Assembly (NCBI GenBank): GCA_041649175.1
Contig: JBAZNR010000001.1
Span: 514,332-578,331, forward strand
DNA length: 64,000 nt
Source of the DNA: Candidatus Omnitrophota bacterium
Lineage (GTDB): Bacteria > Omnitrophota > Gorgyraeia > Zapsychrales > JBAZNR01
Reading direction: 5' to 3'
Translations under genes and position numbers: made by a program
The notes under the pieces: generated by a model
Database searches by the model: none
Told to the model about the DNA's origin: nothing
What the model saw: the letters and a program-made list of their open reading frames with translations, nothing else
Part shown: one piece after another, positions 21,201 to 29,953 of the stretch
Position numbering within the stretch: the stretch's first letter is position 1
Layout: each line of letters starts with the position of its first letter

Positions 21201-24122
21201 AGTTCTCAGGGGAATTTTAAATCTGTGGCGGGCACCATTATGGATATGGCAGCTTATCTGGTCAATGCTGGCCCTATTTTAATGGAACAAGGCTCAACAC
21301 CGACGCTTTATTTGCCCAAGCTTCAAACAGCTCAAGAAGCCGCTTTTATGGCTAAGATCATTGATGCCATTGAAGACCAAATGGGTTGGCAGCGCGGGAC
21401 AGTTAAGGTTTTTGTATTGATCGAACAGCTGGAAGAAACATTTCAGTTGATGGAAATGCGCGCCGCTTTGGGCAAACATTTTGTCGGGTTCAATACCGGC
21501 CGTTGGGACTATATTGCCGATGTTGTTAAACAAAATATGTTTGACCAGGAATGGGTTCCGCCCAACTTTAAAGAAATGGTGATGACATATCCTTTTATGT
21601 ATAACTACGAAAGTCGGGTTGTCCGCGCGGTGAATACGCCGGATGTTAACGGAGATTCTGTTCTTTGGATCGGTGGTATGGAGCCGCAGATTCCGGTTGT
21701 CAAAGGAACGATCTCCAAAACAGATAGAGAAGCCGCTATCGAAAACGCTATGATGATCGCCCAGAATGCTAAATTACGTGAATTAAAACGCGGTGCCAGC
21801 GGTACCTGGGTGGCTCATCCGGGCATGGTAGGGCGCTTAAGAAGTGTTTATGAGAAAAATCTTTTTGAAGCGACAGGAAAAGTGAATCAGTTAGGTTTAA
21901 AAGAAAATCTTCAAGGAGAAACAATCGATGGATTACAGTACACTCCGCAAGCGGCTGCTCAATTAACCGAGCTTAAAGAAGGCGCTCGTACTATTGCTGA
22001 ACTTCGCTTTTTAGTAAGTGTTGCCATGCAATATGCGAATGCTTACTTAACCGGCCGAGCCGCGGCCGCCTTAAAAGGCGCGGACCTTTTCTCCAATCCT
22101 TTAGCCTTATTTATTATGGAAGACATGGCTACCGGTGAAGGGCGCAGCAAACTCACCAAAAAGTGGATGGAAGCCAATGCCGTTATTACGGAGATTACCG
22201 ATGACGATCGTCAAACTTTAGGATTAAAAGAAGGTGATCATTTTACGCCTGAACTTATTCAAAAAGTTGTTGAACAGGAATATCAGAAATTACAAAACGC
22301 TCCGGATGATATCGTGTTTGCCTCTTCTAAGAAAGTTGAGCTTCCAATAGCCAGAGTAGTTGTTGAGAAATTTCTTTTTGGCAATGCCGGAAAGCTTTCC
22401 GCTCTTCCCTGGCTCATTGACTTGGTCAACGCGGCTTTGGGTGAAACGGATCTGGTTAAGGCAACGCAAAAAGTTGATGAATATATTGAGGCTTATGTTG
22501 GATCAGACGGTTTAGTTCGTTTGACGGAAAATCCTGATTTCAAAGTTTTAGAGGCTGACGTAGCAGCCGAAGAAGATGCGGTACCTGTTGTGGCAGAATC
22601 AGCACAACCTGAACGGGATGTTTATAGTTTTAGCCCCGGGCCGGCACAGCTTCCAACGGCCGTTATGATGAAAAAACAAGAAGATACCGGTGATTTTCAA
22701 GGAACAGGTGTTGATCTTTCTGAGCGTACCTATCGCATTGAGGAATATTTAGCGATCCATCAGGAAGCTATGGATAATTTACGAAAATTATTGGGCGTTC
22801 CGGAAAATTATGAAATTCTGCTTCAGGGCCGAAGCGCGTCGGATATGTACGGAACGGTTCCTTTAAATCTTTTAGGAATAAAGGGAAAAGCTTTGTATGT
22901 CAATACCGATCTCTGGACAACCCGCGCTATTGCCGACGCCAAAGAAGTGGCAAGAGCGATGGTTTTAGCCCGAGCAGACCGTAAGTTAACGGAAGATGAA
23001 ATTACTGCGCAAGTGAATGAAGCGGTTTCGGTCATTGCTACTTCAGAAGATCAGAACTTAAACTATTTGCCGAAGTTGAATGATGAGATGTTCGAAGGCA
23101 AAGCGGGTGAAGTCAGCTATGTTTATTTAGGATTGAATAATACAACTCGCGGGACCCGCTGGGCGGCTTTGCCGGACACCAAAGGAATTCCACTGGTTTT
23201 AGACGCGACATCAGATCTTTTATCGCAGCAGATCAGCCCTGAAGACTGGCAAAAAATAGGTGTTGTTTTTGCCGGGGCACAGAAGAATTTCGGGTTTCCC
23301 GGATTTTCTGTAGTGATCGTGCGTAAAAACCTTTTAGGCCAAGCGCTTCCCGGAACTTTTTCTATGATCAATTGGAAAACGCAAGCCGACGCAAGATCGA
23401 TGTGGAATACGCCCGCGACCGATCACATCTATTTGGCCAATTTGGTGTTCAGAGACTTGATTGCTAAAGGTGGTGTTGCGGCTATCGAAAAGGTGAACCG
23501 TCAAAAAGCCAAAATGCTTTATGATTTAATTGATGGCTCGAACGGTTTTTATAATGGAACAGCTATTAATAGAGGAGACCGTTCCATTATGAATATTACC
23601 TTTACCTTACCCAGCCAAGAGTTAACGGAAAGATTCGTCGGTGAAGCGGCCTTGGAAGGATTGCTGGACTTGAAAGGATATCCGGCGGTGGGTGGCATTC
23701 GTGCCAGCATTTATAACGGTATGCCGATGGAAGGCGTTCAAAAATTAGCTGATTTTATGAATCGTTTTCAAATAAAATATAGCAATGACAATAGTCCAGT
23801 TGCTCCCGTCCAGTCAGCAGAAGAAGCTCCGGTGGGCGGTATTAATCTTGATTCGAATTATTTGAATATGCAGATCAAGCGCGATGGGAATGGCGTTCCA
23901 CTGCCCTTACCGATGCAGCCCATTGAATCGATCAATATCGAAGGGTTTTTGCCGGTCATTATCAATATGGCTCCGATGCCAAATCTGCCGCTTTTATTAG
24001 GGGTCAATGATCTGGACAAGGAACAAAAGACCACAAAAACAACACAAGACGATACAACCGCTTCTTTGTTTATCCGTTCCGAAGAGGAAGAAGCGGGGAA
24101 TTTAGTTTTAGCAGGGAATTAA
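15270..24122 (+). CDS. Giant 2950-aa multi-enzyme fusion protein. Signal-peptide-like N-terminus; unknown domain; long-form isocitrate lyase; GlpX-like class II FBPase; malate synthase; SerC-like class V aminotransferase; low-complexity tail.
   Basis: Single uninterrupted ORF of 8853 nt. RBS ggagg lies 6 nt upstream of the ATG.

Domain motifs:
- ICL: [40 protein letters not shown].
- GlpX: [36 protein letters not shown].
- MS: LTGP...[45 protein letters not shown].
- SerC-like: [51 protein letters not shown]. Confidence 0.85.
16560..18870 (+). other. Isocitrate lyase domain within the giant ORF, long form with an internal insertion (approximate bounds)
   Basis: The ICL signature K-[KR]-C-G-H-[LMQR] is present as KKCGHM at about nt 17354. 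Flanking conserved blocks are as listed above. Confidence 0.8.
19170..20640 (+). other. GlpX-like (class II fructose-1,6-/sedoheptulose-1,7-bisphosphatase family) domain within the giant ORF (approximate bounds)
   Basis: By eye, block-wise collinear similarity to E. coli GlpX (DPIEGT, DGDVA, GIGGAPEG, FSATGIT blocks), with insertions. Confidence 0.6.
20530..22590 (+). other. Malate synthase A-like domain within the giant ORF (approximate bounds)
   Basis: MS signature region [15 protein letters not shown] at about nt 21480, plus the catalytic-loop WVAHPG and a C-terminal [12 protein letters not shown] block. Confidence 0.8.
22605..23760 (+). other. Phosphoserine-aminotransferase-like (class V aminotransferase, SerC-type) domain within the giant ORF (approximate bounds)
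   Basis: [10 protein letters not shown]-terminal block, [17 protein letters not shown] and [13 protein letters not shown]-terminal block, as in SerC. Confidence 0.7.
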
Positions 24123-24146
24123 GCCCTAAAACAGCCGCGGAAATAA

Positions 24147-24190
24147 AGACGGCGCTTCGGCGAAAAGCCGAAGCGCCGTCTTTGTTTATT
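24147..24190 (+). terminator. Rho-independent terminator after the giant gene
   Basis: agacggcgcttcggc-gaaaa-gccgaagcgccgtct followed by ttgtttatt. Confidence 0.8.
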
Positions 24191-24244
24191 CGTCTTTTAG
24201 TCCTTGTTTAAAGAACGGTTCTGTAATAAAATCCTAACTAACTT

Positions 24245-24781
24245 ATGCGAAAATCAAATTTCTTCATCGCGGTTATTTTGTCTTCCTGCATTTTTCTTAA
24301 CGGGTGTGATGCTGTTTATCGCCTCATCCAAAGGGAAGGCGCGGAAGAAAAAGAGATCTTAGGCGAAGTTGTTCCGTTTATCTATAATCCAGTCGTAGAA
24401 GAACTGCAAAAACTTCTTAAGCTTCACGGTTATGGGGCCGGAACGGCCGATGGAAAATTCGGAGCTGCCACCCGCAAAATGCTTGCCAAATTCCAAGAAG
24501 ACCATAATTTAAAAGTAAGCCGTTTTGTCGATAAGGCAACCTGGCAGGAATTAAATGCCTTTAACGATTCAGGGCTTGTTTCCGGCGGAGAAGTGAACAT
24601 GGCCACCGTTCAAACTGCGTTAAAAAATGCCGGCTTTGGAATTGGAAAGATTGACGGGAAAATGGGTCCCAAAAGCCAAGCGGCTTTACGGGAATTTCAA
24701 AGGGCCAATGGTCTTAAACCCGATGGAAAAATAGGCCCAAAGACATTGAATCTTTTCTTAAATTATCTTCCGGTTGAATAG
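24245..24781 (+). CDS. Lipoprotein with two peptidoglycan-binding (PG_binding_1-like) repeats
   Basis: Lipobox LNGC. Two repeats of the LxxxGYxxGxxDGxFGxxTxxAxxxFQ type (LQKLLKLHGYGAGTADGKFGAATRKMLAKFQ and ALKNAGFGIGKIDGKMGPKSQAALREFQ). Confidence 0.7.
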   Translation: MRKSNFFIAVILSSCIFLNGCDAVYRLIQREGAEEKEILGEVVPFIYNPVVEELQKLLKLHGYGAGTADGKFGAATRKMLAKFQEDHNLKVSRFVDKATWQELNAFNDSGLVSGGEVNMATVQTALKNAGFGIGKIDGKMGPKSQAALREFQRANGLKPDGKIGPKTLNLFLNYLPVE

Positions 24782-24910
24782 TTTATATTTCAAAAACATA
24801 GGGAGCTTGTATAGGCAAGATTTGGATTTACAAAGATATTTGTGCGTGATAGGATGATGCGTCAGTTCAAAAATTAATAGAGTTTTCTAAAGAAGAATTT
24901 ACGAGTTTTA

Positions 24911-26047
24911 TTGATGAAAATCCACGAGTATCAAGCCCGGCTGTTCTTTCAAAAAGCCGGTATTCCCGTAGTTAACGCTGAAATAACGACCGAATTATCT
25001 CAAGCCCAAAGTGTTGCTAAGACACTTGGGTTTCCCGTTGTTCTAAAATCCCAAGTTTTAGTCGGTGGCCGCGGCAAAGCCGGTGGCATTAAGGTTGTTA
25101 AAACTCCGCAAGAATTAGAACAAACTTACCTCGCACTTAAGAAATTATCCATCAAAGGTTTTCAAGTCGAAAAGATCCTGGTGGCTCAGGCCATTGATAT
25201 CAAAAAAGAATTTTATTTGGCTATTACGGTGGATAATACTAAAAACGACGCGGTGATCATCTTTAGCGCGGCGGGCGGCATTGATATTGAAGAAACCGCC
25301 AAAACGGCTCCGGAAAAAATTCAAAAATTTTATTTAGAAGGAAAAAAAGAAATTGATCAAGCCCGTTGGCCTTCCTTTATCGAAAAATCTTTTTCTGATA
25401 AGCCTTCCCAAGAAAAAGCGACCGCGATCATAAAAGCTTTAGTAGCCTTGTTCTATCAAAATGATTGTTCTTTGGCAGAAATTAATCCCTTAGTGATCGA
25501 TGCCACGGGAACATGGTACGCGGCCGACGGTAAAATGATCTTCGATGATAATGCGCTTGGCCGTCATCCGGATTTTGCTCAGCTACGCGACCGCCTTTAT
25601 GAAGACGCGGATGAAATGGAAGCCAAAGAACACGACTTAAGCTTTGTCAAGCTCGACGGAAATGTCGGATGTATCGTTAACGGCGCCGGCCTTGCCATGG
25701 CAACAACCGATATTATTAAATTTTTTGGCGGAGAGCCGGCAAACTTCTTAGATGTGGGGGGAAGTTCTAATCCGCAAAAAGTTTTAAACGCTTTAAAGAT
25801 CATTTTGCGCAACAAAAGTGTCAAAGTTATCTTGATCAATATCTTTGGCGGGATCACCCGTTGTGATGATATTGCCAAAGGAATTTTGGAAGCCAAGAAA
25901 CAATACACCATTCCTGTTCCCCTAGTGGTTCGCTTAACAGGCACAAACGAAAAAGAAGCTAAAGAACTTTTAGCAAAAGAGAATATTAATATTCATACTT
26001 CCATGCGGGAAGCCGTCAAGGAAGTAGTCAGATTGGCAAAAGTATGA
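24911..26047 (+). CDS. sucC: Succinyl-CoA synthetase beta subunit (ADP-forming)
   Basis: [19 protein letters not shown]...ATP-grasp fold and CoA-ligase C-terminus. Overlaps sucD by 4 nt. Confidence 0.9.
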
Positions 26048-26913
26048 GCATCTTGATCAATGAAAATACAAAAGTTTTAGTCCAAGGAATAACCGGCCAT
26101 GACGGCTCATTCCATACCAAGCAAATGTTGGATTATGGGACGAAAGTTGTAGCGGGGGTAACACCGGGCAAAGGCGGACAAGATGTTTTTGGTATTCCTG
26201 TTTTTAATTCGGTCAAAGAAGCCAAAGATAAAACAGGCGCAAACGCGGCCGTTATTTATGTTCCTGCCAAATTTGCTAAAGCAGCGATGTTAGAGGATAT
26301 TGCCGCCGGAATAGAACTAGTGATTTGCATTACCGAAGGTGTTCCGGTTTTAGATATGATCGAGGTGATGGCGGCTTTAAAAAAGACCAAAATAAAACTT
26401 TTAGGGCCTAATTGTCCCGGGCTTATATCTCCCGGAAAAAGCAAAATAGGCATTATGCCGGGGCATATTCATAAACCAGGCAATGTCGGTGTTCTTTCTC
26501 GCAGCGGTACTTTAACCTATGAAGTTGTTTATAACCTCACTTTAAATAATATCGGCCAATCCACTTGTGTGGGCCTCGGCGGAGACCCCATTGTGGGTTT
26601 AAGATTTCTCGATCTTTTGGAATTATTCATGAATGACGATGATACAAAAGCCATTGTGATCGTTGGTGAAATAGGCGGTGGAGACGAACAAATCGCCGCC
26701 GAATATATAAAGAAGAATTCCAAGAAGCCCATTGTCGGGTTTATTGCCGGAAAAACCGCTCCCGCGGGAAAACGTATGGGCCATGCCGGCGCCATTATCG
26801 GCTCCGCCGATACGACAGCCGATGCGAAAATCAAGATCCTTCAAAATGCCGGCGTGGAAGTGGCCAATCTTCCCGATGAGATTCCCAGTCTTTTAGCGAA
26901 AAAATTAAAATAA
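26044..26913 (+). CDS. sucD: Succinyl-CoA synthetase alpha subunit
   Basis: [24 protein letters not shown] and the phospho-histidine region GHAGAIIG. Confidence 0.9.
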
Positions 26914-26931
26914 CTTAAGAAAAAATGTTTT

Positions 26932-26966
26932 AGGGACAGGCCCCGCTTGCAGTGGGGCCTGTCCCT
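26932..26966 (+). terminator. Hairpin after sucD (terminator-like, weak U-tract)
   Basis: agggacaggcccc-gcttgcagt-ggggcctgtccct. Confidence 0.45.
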
Positions 26967-27029
26967 AAGCTTTATCATCCTGAAATTTAACTAAATTTCT
27001 TATGTTAAATGCGATATAATCACTCTGTT

Positions 27030-27542
27030 ATGGAAAACAGAAGCCGATGGTTGATGATTATTTATTGCTTTCTCTTAACTTTACCCCTAGTGAGAGGGAT
27101 CGGTGTCCTTTTTATTTATGGACCAGGAATGATTAGACTGGAAGGTCCAGATAACTATTTTGAACTTTGGGGATTATTTTCTCAATTTGCTTTTTGTTGC
27201 GCGCAAATCCTTATTTTTTTAATTGGCATCGGACTGCTTTTTCGTAAACCATGGACAGAATTTCTTGCTAAATATCTTTATCCTTTTCCAACTATTGCTG
27301 CTGTTCCTTTTTTTGCAGGCGGCCTATGTGCGTTAGGTGGTCGGGGCAGTTCAATTGGTTGTATTCTGTTCCTTTCTTGTCTGTCACTTTCATTTTTTTT
27401 GGCTCCCGTTCTTTTATATTTTTATTTCCCCTCCTTAAAACGTTTTAATTTATGGTTTAAGGTTCTTGTCTTTATTTTGTGTTTTTCCCCAGTAATAGTG
27501 TCTGCGGTTTCGATGATTTGCATACGCGTGGTACACCATTAG
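27030..27542 (+). CDS. Hypothetical integral membrane protein (AT-rich, Phe/Leu/Cys-rich). The start may be leaderless.
   Basis: ORF with several hydrophobic segments. A conserved TATAAT lies about 10 nt upstream of the ATG at 27030. The ORF track gives a longer form starting at 27009. Confidence 0.35.
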   Translation: MENRSRWLMIIYCFLLTLPLVRGIGVLFIYGPGMIRLEGPDNYFELWGLFSQFAFCCAQILIFLIGIGLLFRKPWTEFLAKYLYPFPTIAAVPFFAGGLCALGGRGSSIGCILFLSCLSLSFFLAPVLLYFYFPSLKRFNLWFKVLVFILCFSPVIVSAVSMICIRVVHH

Positions 27543-27649
27543 CAGGTTCGTAATGAACTTGACGAACATTATATGCGATATAAAAAATCCCTACAGTTAC
27601 TCCAAAATTAAACTAAATTTCTTATCTAAAACGCGGTATAATAACGCCT

Positions 27650-28747
27650 ATGAAAAGGATCAAAAACGTTTTTCTTTCCGCTATTAACCAAAATGCCGGA
27701 AAAACCACTATTTCTTTAGGGCTTTATAAGATCCTCAAAGATAAAGGTTTTAAAGCCGCTTTTATGAAACCGGTCGGGCAAAAGTATGTTGTCGTCAATC
27801 ATCAACAAGTGGACAAAGATTCCTATTTGATCGGCGAGATATATCATTGCTGGCAGAAATTTAAAGAAATGAGCCCGGTCACCGTCGGAAAAGGATTTAC
27901 GGAGAAATATATCTTTCATCCCAGAAAAGATGTTTTGCGCCAGCAGATCCTGAAATCTTTTGAAAATTTAAGTTACAAAAAAGATATTATGATCATTGAA
28001 GGCACCGGCCATGCCGGGGTGGGATCTGTCTTTGATTTTTCCAATGCCGATGTGGCTCAACTTTTAGGCTCTAAAGTTATTATTGTGAGTGAAGGCGGTA
28101 TCGGGCGAAGCATTGATGAGATCATGCTCAACAAGGCTTTGTTTGATCTTAAGGGTGTTGAGATTTTAGGCGTTATTGTTAACAAAGTTTTGCCGGATAA
28201 ATACGATAGAATAAAACACAACGTGGCTCAGGGCCTAAAAAATAAAGGGATCAGGCTTTTGGGGGTTTTGCCGCTGCAGCCTTTATTGAGTTTTCCGACG
28301 GTTGAACAAATACGCTACGAACTTAAGTTAAAACTCATTTGTGGAAAAACTTACCTTTCTCGCCGGGTGGAAAATACCATCGTTGCGGCTATGGAACCGC
28401 ATAATATGATATCCTATTTACGTGATCAAACCCTGATCATTACTTCGGGTGATCGACTGGACAATATTATTGCCGCGGTGAATTCAAAAGCTGTGAAAGG
28501 AAGAAAAAAGATCGGGATATCAGGGATGGTGTTAACCGGCGGGCTGTTTCCCGGATGGGAAGTTGTTAATTTACTCAAGCGAAGCAAGATCCCGGTTTTA
28601 TTGTCCGAAGAGGACACGTACACGACCGCGGCGAAGATCAAAAGTATTACCTGCAAAATAGAAAAAACGGATAAGGACAAAATTGCGGAAGCTACACGTT
28701 TAGTAAAGCGTTATGTGGATATTGACCTGATCTTAAAAAATTTATAA
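27650..28747 (+). CDS. P-loop (BioD/CobQ-like) plus DRTGG domain protein resembling the N-terminal regulatory domain of phosphotransacetylase
   Basis: MKRIKNVFLSAINQNAGKTTISLGL (P-loop), a ...GTGHAGVGSV block, and a C-terminal DRTGG-like region (GISGMVLTGGLFPGWEVVNLLKRSKIPVL). Confidence 0.6.
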   Translation: MKRIKNVFLSAINQNAGKTTISLGLYKILKDKGFKAAFMKPVGQKYVVVNHQQVDKDSYLIGEIYHCWQKFKEMSPVTVGKGFTEKYIFHPRKDVLRQQILKSFENLSYKKDIMIIEGTGHAGVGSVFDFSNADVAQLLGSKVIIVSEGGIGRSIDEIMLNKALFDLKGVEILGVIVNKVLPDKYDRIKHNVAQGLKNKGIRLLGVLPLQPLLSFPTVEQIRYELKLKLICGKTYLSRRVENTIVAAMEPHNMISYLRDQTLIITSGDRLDNIIAAVNSKAVKGRKKIGISGMVLTGGLFPGWEVVNLLKRSKIPVLLSEEDTYTTAAKIKSITCKIEKTDKDKIAEATRLVKRYVDIDLILKNL

Positions 28748-28749
28748 AT

Positions 28750-29949
28750 ATGACAAAACACTCTATCGATAGCCATTCTCCAAATGAAATTTATATTGTC
28801 GAGGCTTTGCGCACCGCGATCGGCGGAACCAACAAGGCATTAAAAGATTTCTCGGCGGTGCAACTGGGCGGATTTGTGATCAAGGAGATCTTACGTCAAA
28901 GCAGTGTTCCCGGAGATTTAGTCAATCAAGTCATCTTGGGCAATACAGTTTCTGCTGGTTTGGGACAAAATCCGGCGCGCCACGCGGCTATTTTGGGAAA
29001 TCTTCCCGATTCAGTCCCGGCATTAACGATAAATCATGTTTGCGGGTCCGGTTTGCAAGCAGTGATCTTGGCTGGGCAAGCCATTATTTGCCAGGAATCA
29101 GATCTTGTGATGGCCGGAGGGTTTGAAAGCGCTTCACGATCTCCAAAAATCCTAAAAAAAGACGCGTCGGAAAAAAGAGAAGACAGCGATTTTTCGGACA
29201 GTCTTATTCACGACGGGCTTTGGTGCCACATCACCGGTAAACATATGGGTGAGTTGGCGGAATATTTAGCTGAGAAAAATCATATTTCGCGCGAGGAGCA
29301 AGATAAATATGCTTATCAAAGCCATCTTAAGGCTTGTGAAGCGCAGGAACTTAATCAACTTGCAAAAGAAATTGTGACGGTGCGCATTAATGAGGATCAA
29401 ATTTTTACTAAAGATGAGCGCCCTCGGCGCAATATCAGCTTAGAAAGGCTTTCTCAGCTTCCGGCGGCTTTTAAAGACGGGGGAACGGTGACGGCCGGAA
29501 ATTCTTGCATTCCTTCCGACGGCGCGGCTGTGTTTCTTTTAGCGTCAGCCCAAGCGGTTAAGAAGTTTAAATTAAAACCAAAGGCCCGTGTGATTGCCCA
29601 TGCCTCCATTGCGGTTGAACCCAAGCTCACCTTTACCGGCTCTATTATTTCCACGGAAGAATGTTTAAAGAAAGCAAAACTTAAAATAAGTGATGTTGAC
29701 CTTTTTGAAATAAGCGAAGCCTTTGCCGTTCAGGCGATCGTCACCCAGCAAGCGCTTAAAATTCCGGAAGAAAAAATGAATATATTCGGCGGCGACGTGG
29801 CCTTAGGCCATCCTCTGGGGGCTGCCGGTGCGCGAATTTTAGTGACACTTGTTCACGCTCTTGAGAACCAGAAAAAGAAAACAGGTTTAGCGACGGTTTG
29901 TTTGGGCGGCGGCGGGTCGGTGGCGGTGGTGATAGAGAATTTATCTTAG
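28750..29949 (+). CDS. Acetyl-CoA acetyltransferase (thiolase) family protein
   Basis: Active-site Cys region NHVCGSGLQAV and a C-terminal CLGGGGSVAVVIE block. Contains an unusual acidic insertion of about 40 aa (KKDASEKREDSDFSDSLIHDG). Confidence 0.8.
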   Translation: MTKHSIDSHSPNEIYIVEALRTAIGGTNKALKDFSAVQLGGFVIKEILRQSSVPGDLVNQVILGNTVSAGLGQNPARHAAILGNLPDSVPALTINHVCGSGLQAVILAGQAIICQESDLVMAGGFESASRSPKILKKDASEKREDSDFSDSLIHDGLWCHITGKHMGELAEYLAEKNHISREEQDKYAYQSHLKACEAQELNQLAKEIVTVRINEDQIFTKDERPRRNISLERLSQLPAAFKDGGTVTAGNSCIPSDGAAVFLLASAQAVKKFKLKPKARVIAHASIAVEPKLTFTGSIISTEECLKKAKLKISDVDLFEISEAFAVQAIVTQQALKIPEEKMNIFGGDVALGHPLGAAGARILVTLVHALENQKKKTGLATVCLGGGGSVAVVIENLS

Positions 29950-29953
29950 AAGG

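Noticed and set aside
15343-24100. Numerous 60-120 aa antisense or alternate-frame ORFs inside the giant gene, gltB, carB, glnN, amtB and elsewhere
   Set aside because: They are all contained within strongly supported coding regions, have no RBS, and give low-complexity translations.
15270-24122. Possibility that the giant ORF is an assembly chimera or a read-through of four separate genes
   Set aside because: 8.85 kb without a single in-frame stop cannot arise by chance. Domain boundaries have no intervening RBS or stop remnants. Composition is uniform, and the flanking promoter and terminator fit a single transcription unit. A misassembly cannot be excluded from sequence alone and is listed as a refutation test.
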